A stretch of DNA of 64,000 bases from the NCBI GenBank assembly GCA_047285535.1, contig JBJBDC010000001.1, positions 704,136 through 768,135 of the forward strand, given 5' to 3'. The notes under the pieces are model-generated. The model ran no database searches. It worked only from the letters and a program-made list of their open reading frames with translations, and was not told where the DNA came from. Every line of letters starts with the position of its first letter. The first letter of the stretch is position 1. The DNA is from Synechococcus sp. Its GTDB lineage: Bacteria > Cyanobacteriota > Cyanobacteriia > PCC-6307 > Cyanobiaceae. Position numbers and translations under genes: made by a program. Of the stretch, positions 32,304 to 41,513 are shown in pieces.

Positions 32304-32510
32304 ATGGCCCGTTCTTCTCCCAACGCTTCCTGGCTGGCTGCCCTGCGACAGCCCGCCCCCTGGATTGCGCTTGTGCTGCTGGCGATCACGGTGTCCAGCA
32401 CTGCACCCCGTCTTTGGTTCTGGCTTTCTCTTCTTGTGATCGTGCTTCTGGTGGGATGGGTGCAGGCGTTCAAGCGCCACCTACCACCTGGCTCTGACGA
32501 TGGTGGCTGA
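32304..32510 (+). CDS. Small two-TM membrane protein
   Basis: Two hydrophobic helices; 5 nt after hlyD and overlapping the FUSC start. Confidence 0.65.
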   Translation: MARSSPNASWLAALRQPAPWIALVLLAITVSSTAPRLWFWLSLLVIVLLVGWVQAFKRHLPPGSDDGG

Positions 32511-33609
32511 GACCCAGCGGCTGGAATTGCGAGCGGCAGTTGCGATTGGTCTGTCGGCAAGCCTGACCCGCTTGATTTGCCTCACCCTCGGCTTGGGGGA
32601 CACTCCGGCGGCCTTCGGGGTGGTGGTGGCGGTCCTGGTGGTTCGACCGGATTTCTGCCGATGGCCATCCCTGCTGTATCCGGTGCTGTTAGTGCTCGCC
32701 GGTCTGTCGATGGCCGTGGGCTTAGGCGTGCGCTCGATGTTTCCCGCCGGTCCGGAGGTGTGGTGGTTCGGCGTCGTTGGAGTGCTGATGCAGCTCTTCG
32801 CTGTGGCTCTTCCAGCCAAATTGGCCCTGCTCAACAATGCTGTTGCTGCTGCTGGGGTCTTGCCCCTGCTGGGTCCATCAGCCAGCTGGTCCGGCTTGGG
32901 TCAGCAACTGGAAGCCATTGCACTGGGTTTGGCGATCGGCACCGCCTTGCAATGGGGTCTGACGCCGGCGGGTTATGGACAACCTGCGCCGACGGGTGGT
33001 CCTGAGGGACCGGATCCCCCGCTGGCAGAGCGCTACCGGCTGGCGCTGAGCAGTGGGGTTTTCTGGCGCAAACTCGTGCTGGCCGCCCTCGCTCTGGCCA
33101 TCGGCAAAGGCCTGGCGACGGCAACTCCAAAATATCTCTATTTCGGAGTTGTACTGCTCCTCAACGACAGTATCGGCGCCACCCTGGCCCGCGTTCGCGA
33201 CCGGATGGTGGGAGTCAGCCTGGGGGTCTTAATGCCACTACTGGTGTTCAACACGATCGGCATCAATAGCGTGGGGCTCGCCCTTGCCATGGGCGGCACT
33301 GCCGCCCTGGTGTCTGTGCTCAATCAAGGGCCCTACTTGAGAACTGCATTGATTTCCACCGGCGTGGCCTTCGCTGGCTATGGCCCATTGATTGCCTGGT
33401 ACATCCCGAATCGTTGGATTGCTTACCTTCTGGGCAGCAGTGTGGCCCTCCTCTCCGGTTTGTTGTTGTTCCCCAATTCAGCGCTGAGCCGCTACAGAAC
33501 ATTGCTGGAGACCAGAGATCAGGCAGCTGATGAGCTGTTGCGCAAGCTCTACCCGGAAGCGCGAGAGGAAGCGGCATGGCTGGGGCAAAGATTGCCGGCT
33601 CCTGATTGA
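32500..33609 (+). CDS. FUSC / aromatic acid exporter family inner membrane protein
   Basis: Two hydrophobic halves, RVRDRMVGVSLG motif. Confidence 0.7.
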   Translation: MVAETQRLELRAAVAIGLSASLTRLICLTLGLGDTPAAFGVVVAVLVVRPDFCRWPSLLYPVLLVLAGLSMAVGLGVRSMFPAGPEVWWFGVVGVLMQLFAVALPAKLALLNNAVAAAGVLPLLGPSASWSGLGQQLEAIALGLAIGTALQWGLTPAGYGQPAPTGGPEGPDPPLAERYRLALSSGVFWRKLVLAALALAIGKGLATATPKYLYFGVVLLLNDSIGATLARVRDRMVGVSLGVLMPLLVFNTIGINSVGLALAMGGTAALVSVLNQGPYLRTALISTGVAFAGYGPLIAWYIPNRWIAYLLGSSVALLSGLLLFPNSALSRYRTLLETRDQAADELLRKLYPEAREEAAWLGQRLPAPD

Positions 33610-34002
33610 TAGAGCCTCATTCATCCATTTTTAATCAAAAAAGGATTGAAGCGATTGGTTGGCTCCAATAGGAAAGATCAATCAGATTGTGCAGACAAGT
33701 CCAGCCTTGCTTTGAAGCACAGAACAGATGATCAAAAATGGAGCACAGGAAGCCATCGAGAGACCTTTTTCAAGCTTTATTGTGATTGAGAATTCATACC
33801 CTGCAATCACAACCAATCTTGACGATTTCCATCAGCAGAGAACAAACAATATCGGGAGCATTCAACGATTTCATCCGGCAATCGTGCATCCACCACGCGC
33901 AACAACGAGACCACGAAAGGGGGGTGTGATCCCCAGTGATCGGACTGCTGCAGTCCATGGTTCCGGCTTCCTAGCCTTGAAGAAGATCATCAGCCCTCAG
34001 CA

Positions 34003-34719
34003 ATGATTCTGGGTCAGGTCCCGATGCCACGGAATCGGCAACCCGAGGTGATGGATCAGCCTGGGTTAGACCCCATCGAGCATGACCATGCCCTGCGGGG
34101 GCTGCGCAGGATTAACCGAATCAGCCGCTGTGCTTCTGGCATCTTCCGGCATCTAGAGGCGCTTTCCCAGGACACACAACATGCCCCATTGAGTGTGCTG
34201 GAGCTCGCCTGTGGTGGAGCGGATACGGCCATCGAGCTGGAAGCGATGGCCCTTCGGCGTCAATTGAATCTGTCCATCCAGGCCTGCGACCTCAATCCTG
34301 AAGCAGTGCGTATCGCCCGTCGCAATGCGGCGCGCAATAACAGCAAGATTGATCTGTTTGTAGCGGATGCCCTGGCTTCTCCAGGACCTGAACGGGTTGA
34401 TGTGGTGTACTGCACCTTGTTCGTCCATCACCTGGACCCCCCGGATGTGGTGCGTCTGCTGACCGTGATGGCAGCCAGGGCTCGTCGCCTTGTTCTGGTC
34501 GATGATCTGATCCGAAGCCGCCTGGGCTATGCATTGGCCTGGACCGGAACCCGCCTGCTCAGTCGATCCTGGGTTGTGCACACCGATGGCCCCCTGTCCG
34601 TGCAGGCGGCGTTCACGTCTGCGGAGATTCTCGAGCTTGCCGCCAAAGCCGGCCTGCACAACCCTGCTTTAGAGCGCACCTGGCCTGAGCGTTACCGGCT
34701 CTGCTGGAGACCCCACTGA
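34003..34719 (+). CDS. SAM-dependent methyltransferase
   Basis: PEVMD, LRRINR, VLELACGGAD, CTLFVHHL, DDLIRS, DGPLSV..AF. Confidence 0.88.
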   Translation: MILGQVPMPRNRQPEVMDQPGLDPIEHDHALRGLRRINRISRCASGIFRHLEALSQDTQHAPLSVLELACGGADTAIELEAMALRRQLNLSIQACDLNPEAVRIARRNAARNNSKIDLFVADALASPGPERVDVVYCTLFVHHLDPPDVVRLLTVMAARARRLVLVDDLIRSRLGYALAWTGTRLLSRSWVVHTDGPLSVQAAFTSAEILELAAKAGLHNPALERTWPERYRLCWRPH

Positions 34720-34720
34720 G

Positions 34721-35878
34721 ATGCAGAACAGCTGGGATGTGATTGTGATTGGGGCAGGAGTTGCCGGTGGTCTGGCCGCTCTGGACTGCGCACGCCGCGG
34801 GTTACGGGTCCTGCTCCTTGAAAAACGCTCGTTTCCCCGCTGGAAAGTGTGTGGTTGTTGCTTCAATGCCAATGCCCTGACGGCATTAAAGGCTGTGGGG
34901 CTTCCAAACCTGATCAGCGATCAGGGTGGTGTGCCTCTCGATCTCCTGCGTCTGGGCTGGGGCGGCAGAACCCTCAATCTGGACTTGCCCAGGGGTTGGG
35001 CGCTCTCACGGGAGCGCTTTGATCAGGCTTTGGTGAATGCGGCGGAAGCGGCTGGTGCAACCCTGCGGTTTCAGACCGGCGCCGTCCTGGAGGAGATGGC
35101 CCCAGGGGGACGCATGGTGCGACTTCGTCCGAGCGGTGGAGCACCAGCTGAGCTGGTGCAAGCCCGCGTGGTTCTCGTCGCCGCCGGACTCCAGAACCAG
35201 GTCGTCTCGTCCTTGCACAAAGACGACATCCGGATCGCGCCGCAATCAAGGCTTGGGGCTGGGTGCGTCATCAACGATGACGATGCTCCCTATCAATCAG
35301 GGGCGATCCACATGGCCATTGGCCGTCATGGATACGTCGGACTGGTGCGACGTGAGGATGGTGCCCTCAACCTGGCTGCAGCCTTCGACCGCTCCGCACT
35401 CAAATCCGCAGGGGGTGTTCGTTTTGCTGCAGACCAAGTTCTGAAGCAGGCTGGCTTTGCCATGCCTGGCAGCCTGGAGTCGCAGCGCTGGCAATTAACC
35501 CCAGCGCTGACCCGACGGGCCAGACGGCTTGCCGGCGAACGCTTTCTGCTGCTCGGCGATGCCGCCGGATATGTGGAACCATTCACCGGAGAGGGGATGG
35601 CCTGGGCTCTCAGCGCTGGAGCAGCAGTGGCTCCTTTCGTGGAGGACGCTCAGGACGCATGGACTTCGGATCTCGAGCAACGCTGGGAGAGGAGGATGGA
35701 GGATCTAACGGTGAATCGTCAGCGTCTCTGCCGGCTGTTGTCGACAGTGTTGCGGCAACCGCTCGCCACGACCGCACTGTTCAGGTTGGGATGCCAATGG
35801 CCTGCAATACCGGAGCGGATGATCACCAGCCTCAACCAGCTCTCGCTCCATGACGCTGAACCTGATCCATGTCTCTGA
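34721..35878 (+). CDS. FAD-dependent oxidoreductase/hydroxylase
   Basis: IGAGVAG, FPRWKVCG, GYVGLV, GDAAGYVEPFTGEGM. Confidence 0.88.
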   Translation: MQNSWDVIVIGAGVAGGLAALDCARRGLRVLLLEKRSFPRWKVCGCCFNANALTALKAVGLPNLISDQGGVPLDLLRLGWGGRTLNLDLPRGWALSRERFDQALVNAAEAAGATLRFQTGAVLEEMAPGGRMVRLRPSGGAPAELVQARVVLVAAGLQNQVVSSLHKDDIRIAPQSRLGAGCVINDDDAPYQSGAIHMAIGRHGYVGLVRREDGALNLAAAFDRSALKSAGGVRFAADQVLKQAGFAMPGSLESQRWQLTPALTRRARRLAGERFLLLGDAAGYVEPFTGEGMAWALSAGAAVAPFVEDAQDAWTSDLEQRWERRMEDLTVNRQRLCRLLSTVLRQPLATTALFRLGCQWPAIPERMITSLNQLSLHDAEPDPCL

Positions 35879-36966
35879 CACTCCATGGCCTGGGTACGGC
35901 AGTACCAACTGAGCGCTTGAGCCAGACGGAAGCTCTGGACATAGCGCATCGGATCAATGCCGAGACTCCCGAGCAAGCAAGGCTGATGGCACGGATCTAT
36001 CAAAAAACCAAGGTGCTCTCCCGCGGGAGTGTGCTGCTCGAGACCGATGAAGGGCACGGCACGATCCAGGAACGTCTTGGCTTCTATGGCCCCGAGAGTC
36101 CTAGTACCGCGGAACGGATGCAGGCCTACGACGATCATGCAGGCCCTCTTGCTTTAGAGGCTGCCCGTAAGGCGCTCCATGACTCGGCTCATTTGCCCGA
36201 GACGATCACTCATCTGGTCACCGTCAGCTGCACTGGTTTTCAGTCTCCTGGGGTTGATCTGTACCTCATGGAACAACTGGGACTGACAGCCAGTGTGCAA
36301 CGAACCCATGTGGGCTTCATGGGATGCCACGGCGCACTCAACGGATTGCGTGTCGCCCATGCCTTCGCCGCCATGGATTCCAATGCTGTGGTTCTGCTCT
36401 GCGCTGTGGAACTTTGCAGCCTCCATATGTCCTATGGCTGGCATCCCGAACAAGTTGTAGCCAATTCCTTGTTTGCTGATGGCGCAGCTGCCGTTGTCGC
36501 CTCCGCGAATCCGCCCTCTTCCGATCAATCGCTCGTCTTGCAACGCAGCGGCTCAATGGTGATCCCTGATAGCGCTGAGCTCATGCACTGGAACATTGGT
36601 GATCATGGATTCGCGATGGGATTGTCGGCGCTTGTCCCGGAAACAGTGGGATCTGCCCTGTTGCCCTGGTTGCAAGATTGGCTAGAGGATCAAGCCACCA
36701 ATCTTGCGGCGATGCGCAGCTGGGCCGTGCATCCAGGCGGACCCAGGATTCTCTCGACCTGTGCTGATGTGCTCTCACTGGACCCGAATCTTCTGGCTGA
36801 ATCCAGAACCGTTCTCAAAGATCACGGCAACATGTCGTCCGCCACCATCCTGTTTATTCTCGATCGGCTACGTCGGCGAGCTGTTGCAGGTCCATGCCTG
36901 GCACTGGCCTTTGGCCCTGGGCTCAGCGCCGAAGTTGCCCTGCTCGATCTCCAGTTCGATGCGTGA
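35869..36966 (+). CDS. Type III polyketide synthase
   Basis: Triad GFMGCHG (Cys), WAVHPGG (His), HGNMSS (Asn); VELCS, LFADGAAA, AFGPGL. Confidence 0.95.
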   Translation: MSLTLHGLGTAVPTERLSQTEALDIAHRINAETPEQARLMARIYQKTKVLSRGSVLLETDEGHGTIQERLGFYGPESPSTAERMQAYDDHAGPLALEAARKALHDSAHLPETITHLVTVSCTGFQSPGVDLYLMEQLGLTASVQRTHVGFMGCHGALNGLRVAHAFAAMDSNAVVLLCAVELCSLHMSYGWHPEQVVANSLFADGAAAVVASANPPSSDQSLVLQRSGSMVIPDSAELMHWNIGDHGFAMGLSALVPETVGSALLPWLQDWLEDQATNLAAMRSWAVHPGGPRILSTCADVLSLDPNLLAESRTVLKDHGNMSSATILFILDRLRRRAVAGPCLALAFGPGLSAEVALLDLQFDA

Positions 36967-37166
36967 TGGTGCTGTCGACTGGACCTACCCAAATGAACGA
37001 AGTCGACGCCATGAGATCGCTCTGTAGGGAATCGTTCCTCTGATCACAACGACAGCTGGATTCCAGAGAGAATGCTCTTGCCACCATCAGTCAATGCAAT
37101 GAGAATTTCAATCACCACCACTCGGTTGACGTAGACGCTTCGGTAAGCGATTGCCATTGTGTTAGA

Positions 37167-37283
37167 ACCATGTCACCCAGCACCAACAAAGGCACCATTC
37201 CGCGCTGTTGCTTGATCGGGCATTGCAGTCGTTCATAGAGATCCAGATCGCTGCGAGATCCATTCAGCAAAGCGCAACATTCC
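37167..37283 (-). pseudogene. Decayed duplicate of the 5' end of the phosphoesterase-like gene at 38553-39275
   Basis: ALLNGSRSDLDLYERLQ..IKQQRGMVPLLVLGDMV vs ALVSGLRGDLDLYERIQADLKQHCGMAHLFVLGDMV; nucleotide similarity to about 39157-39273. Confidence 0.85.
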
Positions 37284-37942
37284 TCCAGCACTTGTCCAGG
37301 TTGGTGACCGCAGTTCACTGATCTTGAAAAGATGTTCAGCCTGTTGCAGCTGCTATGGCCTGGGGCCTGTAGCTACAAGCCAGCGACGTTCGGCCATGAC
37401 GGTGTGGGCCGTTAAAGAGTGCTGAGATGTGATGCAACACAGCTGTCTCCAGCTGTGGTCCAACGCAGGCTTGTCCATGCGTGACCAGTCCTACACACCA
37501 ACTGGGGAAGCAGGGCCAATGTCCTTGACAGCAACGTGGTGATGGGTCAACACCTAGACCTGGGTTGCAGCAATCGCGAGAGCTCCGAAACAACAGATTT
37601 GGTGTTCACGACTACGACGGCTTTGGTGTCCAGGGATCAAGATCATCTCCAGGGAAGCAGGAACAACATTCACAGGGGCCTTCCTTATACAGAAGCAAGA
37701 CTGAACCACCTGTTTTTTTTGCAGAATCTCCAAAGCGTTCACAACCGAAAGCAATCAGACATGCTCCACCTGCTTTGATTGAGAGGCACAGGGGCATCCT
37801 TGGCTATGGCCATGCATTATCAATTCACAGTCTTTGTAGACATTTACCTGGCCAGCAAAGACATCAGGCCAATGAACCCCTTCAGGGTCCGATTAGGTGT
37901 CAATCGCTACGTCAGCTTTGGTTGATTTGGATAAAGTACTGA

Positions 37943-38011
37943 ATGAGGGGTGGGAAGAGCATCCAAAAAATCTTCCCCTTATCAAAGCAGGATTGGAGCC
38001 CTGCTTTTTTT
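37943..38011 (+). ncRNA. Candidate sRNA 1 (stem-loop plus intrinsic terminator)
   Basis: TAAAGT -10-like element; ATGAGG..GGAAGA/TCTTCC CCTTAT stem; AAAGCAGG-N8-CCTGC-T7. Confidence 0.55.
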
Positions 38012-38098
38012 ATGCCATTCGTTTTTTTCAACCTTACAGTTGAAACGAATGGGTATCAACAGCCACCTCAAATCGTATCGATTTTGCTTAAGTTCATC

Positions 38099-38174
38099 AT
38101 GAGGAAATTTCCCAGCACCTTTCACTCAACGATTTCCTCATACTGAAGCAGGCCTGATCTAACCTGCTTTTTTT
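38099..38174 (+). ncRNA. Candidate sRNA 2, paralog of sRNA 1
   Basis: TAAGTT -10-like element; ATGAGGAAAT/ATTTCCTCAT perfect 10-bp stem; AAGCAGG-N10-CCTGC-T7. Confidence 0.55.
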
Positions 38175-38552
38175 GTGCCTGAAGCTAAACACAGTTCACT
38201 CTGGCAACCGATGACTCATGGTGTCAGCACTGATTGCAGACAGCTGCTGCTCAGTTGTGAACTCTTGTTGAGAGAATATGATCCTGATCTGAAGCCTGAA
38301 CCTTTCGTTTGATCGGATACAACAACAGGCTCCTCAAAGGCGAAGCATAGAGATTCTACGATTCATTCTCTTGGGACTTCTTGTGATTGCTGGTTGTATA
38401 GCACTCGCTGCCGCAGTCTTTCTAAAGTTGCTCAACGACACAACCTAATGACAACTGTTTCATCGCAAACTTTGATGGGCAATCAACCGGGCCATGCTTG
38501 TCGATCATGCGTTTCTATTGATTGACTGACTGATTGACTGGCTGACTGATGC

Positions 38553-39275
38553 TCATCCTCTGAATGATCCAAAGCCACGGCGCAAAGTTTGGGAAGTCTT
38601 GGCAATGCAGAGGAACTCAATGTGATCACTTGCAGGGTCGTAGAGGGTGTAGTTCGTCCCGGAACCAATCCCAATCACGCTGCGTTTTGGAACCAACTGT
38701 TGATGCAATTGCTCATGGGCGTGATCCTTGACTTTCGACTGAATCTGGCCACCTGTGAGCTGCAGTCGGAATTGCCTGCCACTACGAGCTGTGAATAGCC
38801 GGTTCACATCCAGCCGTGTGAGGCGATCGAGCAGGATTAAGGGTGATGTTGTCTCAAGTAACTGGTCGCCAACATCAGCTGAGCTGCCATGGATCAGTCC
38901 ACAGTCCAGTTCGATCAGACCAAAATTGAGCGAAGCCAGCCAGTTGAGGTGTCCCTGATCCACGGCTTCACGCAATTGTTGAAGGGTCGATGCCTTGTGG
39001 TGATTCTGTAGAGCCTTCTTCTTCTCATCACCCCGGTAGCCGTAGTCAATGAGAAGCTGCTCTTCCCACCATCCGTAAATGCAGTGAGGAAATAGATCAC
39101 CACGCTTCGGTTGGCGTATCCGTTTCAACAAGCGATTGCAAGTGTGATTGGGGCCAACCATGTCACCCAGCACAAACAAGTGCGCCATTCCGCAGTGCTG
39201 CTTGAGGTCGGCTTGGATTCGTTCATAGAGATCCAGGTCTCCGCGAAGTCCACTCACCAGTGCCCAACGTTCCAT
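38553..39275 (-). CDS. Degenerate metallophosphoesterase-fold protein
   Basis: LGDMVG and IHGS retained; SGLRGD, GWWE and TARS replace DxH, GNH and GHTH. Confidence 0.8.
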   Translation of the reverse strand: MERWALVSGLRGDLDLYERIQADLKQHCGMAHLFVLGDMVGPNHTCNRLLKRIRQPKRGDLFPHCIYGWWEEQLLIDYGYRGDEKKKALQNHHKASTLQQLREAVDQGHLNWLASLNFGLIELDCGLIHGSSADVGDQLLETTSPLILLDRLTRLDVNRLFTARSGRQFRLQLTGGQIQSKVKDHAHEQLHQQLVPKRSVIGIGSGTNYTLYDPASDHIEFLCIAKTSQTLRRGFGSFRG

Positions 39276-40090
39276 CAGCGCTCACACACATGGCTGGCGT
39301 CTTCTGCACGCTCGGCATATTCGAATCCATGGCTTAATCGCCATGCAAATATCTCTGGCAATCCGGCCTCGACTATTGCCTGGCATGTTCTGCCAACGTC
39401 GTACTCCACTTCTCGAATGCTCACCTCCCCAGTGCTGTCTTCATGGATGACGTAAGTCGCCTTGGTATTGCCATGTCTCGGCTCACCAACAGAGCCGGCA
39501 TTGACGATACGGCGTATGGGCAGTGTCATCTCTTGTTCGCTGGCGGTTCGACTACCGCTCTGTTGCACGCTGACCCGGATGGAACCACAGCTGAGCTCAC
39601 GCACATAGGGTTGATGGGTGTGACCACAGAACAGGGTTTCCGCTCCTGCCGTCTCCACCCGCTCCAAAGCAGCAAAAGCATTCATGTCCGGCAGAAGATA
39701 TTCATGCTGGCTGTTAGGACTTCCATGCACGAACAGCAACTGGTCCTTGCGCAGGGTGAGTGGTAGCTCTGCGAGAAATGCTTTGTTCTCTTGCGTCAAG
39801 CGCTCGGCGGTCCAGTGGTGAGCTTGATGACCGCGCCGTTCCGCCAGCTGAGAGGGATAGCTGCATTCGCAGGCATTGAGGCCCTCGATGATGTCCTCAT
39901 CCCAGCATCCTTGGCAGGTCGGGATAGAGCGCTGCCGTATGAGTTCCACCACTTCATTGGGCTGGGGGCCATAGCCAACCAAGTCACCGAGGCAGGTGAT
40001 GGTTGTGATGCCTTGTTGGTCGATGTCGTCCAGAACGGCTTCGAAAGCCGCGAGATTGGCATGCAGACAGGAGATCACGGCGTGGGCCAT
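39275..40090 (-). CDS. Metallophosphoesterase family protein (Cys-substituted)
   Basis: SCLHAN, LGDLVGYG, GCWD, VHGSP, CGHTH, NAGSVGEPR. Confidence 0.88.
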   Translation of the reverse strand: MAHAVISCLHANLAAFEAVLDDIDQQGITTITCLGDLVGYGPQPNEVVELIRQRSIPTCQGCWDEDIIEGLNACECSYPSQLAERRGHQAHHWTAERLTQENKAFLAELPLTLRKDQLLFVHGSPNSQHEYLLPDMNAFAALERVETAGAETLFCGHTHQPYVRELSCGSIRVSVQQSGSRTASEQEMTLPIRRIVNAGSVGEPRHGNTKATYVIHEDSTGEVSIREVEYDVGRTCQAIVEAGLPEIFAWRLSHGFEYAERAEDASHVCER

Positions 40091-40092
40091 CG

Positions 40093-40875
40093 TTATCTGT
40101 TGGGTTGAAGGTCGTGTTGTCGGTCCCTCAGTTGGGCCTGATGCAGTTCGAGAACGTCGTCCCTAAGGAGGCAGTCATCAATCGTCGACTGGAGTCCAGA
40201 GCAATTCAGCGCCCGACCCTGCACCACCAGGTGGGATGTGCGCTCAGGCCTTCCCTTCGGGGGTTCCACCGAGTCCAGAGGGAGAAATTGTGATCCCTCT
40301 TGGCTAACCATCCAATTGCAGAAGAACGAACGGCCATCCGGCAGGTTCATGAGCCCCTTGGCCCGATAGACATCGCCATAGGCGCCATTGACCAATTCGA
40401 ACCAGAAACTGCTGAGGCTGTTCGGATCCCAGACGCAGCCCTGGAGATTCTGATCCCAGGCCTCAAGACGTTGGAAATCCAGGGTGTCATGGCTAGGCAG
40501 TTCCGGGTCCAAGCCGAAATGCAGCGTCCGATCCGGCCGGAGGTTGAGCTGCTCCAAGTGCTGCTTCACCTTCGGATCCAGCCCTTGCGACTCGCTCCGC
40601 TTTGGCTGCTGGAATTGCTGAACCTCGATCAGCACAAGTCCGTTCTTGGCGTGAAGGGCCCGCGATGGTTGCCTGGAAAGATCCTCAAGCTCAGGAATCT
40701 GGTCCCGGAGCCAGGCGCTGTCGATCCCGGCGATAGGCCCGTGATCCAGTCCTTCCATCCTGGAACTGTTGAGGCGGAGGTAAGCACAGGGGCCCTCATG
40801 CCTGAGCAATGCGTCGCGGATCCAATTGGATTTTCCACACCCCGGGGGACCAGTGATCAACCAGGTCTGATGCAT
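40093..40875 (-). CDS. CobW C-terminal domain protein with P-loop
   Basis: ITGPPGCGK, YGDVYRAKG, HLVVQG. Confidence 0.8.
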   Translation of the reverse strand: MHQTWLITGPPGCGKSNWIRDALLRHEGPCAYLRLNSSRMEGLDHGPIAGIDSAWLRDQIPELEDLSRQPSRALHAKNGLVLIEVQQFQQPKRSESQGLDPKVKQHLEQLNLRPDRTLHFGLDPELPSHDTLDFQRLEAWDQNLQGCVWDPNSLSSFWFELVNGAYGDVYRAKGLMNLPDGRSFFCNWMVSQEGSQFLPLDSVEPPKGRPERTSHLVVQGRALNCSGLQSTIDDCLLRDDVLELHQAQLRDRQHDLQPNR

Positions 40876-40921
40876 AGTCAGAAATTTCAGATCGACTCAC
40901 CGCCAGATCCCACATCAAAAA

Positions 40922-40936
40922 TGGGAACCATTCTCA
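40922..40936. promoter_or_regulatory. Fur-family (Zur/Fur) box, 2 mismatches
   Basis: TGGGAAC-C-ATTCTCA, 46 nt upstream of the CobW-C operon start. Confidence 0.6.
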
Positions 40937-41172
40937 GTATGGCCGATCAAATGATGCATGGCCACAGCTCAAGAGATCGGCACGGCGCACCGCTGGGATC
41001 AGGAATCAATATCAAGAAAAATCTTAGTGGGCTTTGGTGGCTCGAGATAGAGCTTGCCTGAATCGCGGCAGTCCTTTTGCATTGTTGATCTCAGGTCGCC
41101 GGGACCGCCTGGTCATTGGAGGTCGCCAACCAAGGTCGAGGAGATCAGACGCTTCCCTGCATTCCTCCGGTC

Positions 41173-41218
41173 CTGTCAAACAATCTGTTCAATCAATCTG
41201 TTCAATCATCTGTCAAAG
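41173..41218. repeat. Short tandem repeat CAATCTGTTCAAT, about 3 copies
   Basis: ctgtcaaa caatctgttcaat caatctgttcaat catctgtcaaag. Confidence 0.7.
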
Positions 41219-41395
41219 ACCACGACCGACGCTGTCCGTTCAGACCCCAGTGCCAATGGACAGCTGCTGATGACCGTCGATTGAAGAGGGGATTCCCTGA
41301 GTTGTCTTTCGAATGGAGTGCAAGGCACTCGATGGAATGCAACCGATCAGGCCTCTTGGATTGTTGCTCGCCATCCTTCAGTGATCGGCACCTCG

Positions 41396-41452
41396 GCTTG
41401 GTTCGCGAGTTTGTTTCGCGTGCTTGTTTCGCAAGCTTGTTTCGCGTGCTTG
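41396..41452. repeat. 13-bp tandem repeat GCTTGTTTCGCGT, about 4.4 copies
   Basis: Units start at 41396, 41409, 41422, 41435, partial at 41448. Confidence 0.85.
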
Positions 41453-41482
41453 CTCCACAACCAATTCCTACCGATCATTGCT

Positions 41483-41501
41483 TATACAAGGCCTATACAA
41501 G
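41483..41501 (+). promoter_or_regulatory. Direct repeat TATACAAG-N3-TATACAAG, candidate OmpR-family binding site
   Basis: 11-bp period, 12 nt before ATG 41514. Confidence 0.5.
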
Positions 41502-41513
41502 CTTCCGGTGGTC

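Noticed and set aside
38517..38550. (GACT/GATT)n tetranucleotide run; also TCACTTGA x2-3 near 26961
   Set aside because: Short, degenerate slippage repeats with no evident function
41173..41452. 13-bp repeats as a CRISPR array or iterons
   Set aside because: Head-to-tail with no spacers; no cas or rep gene nearby
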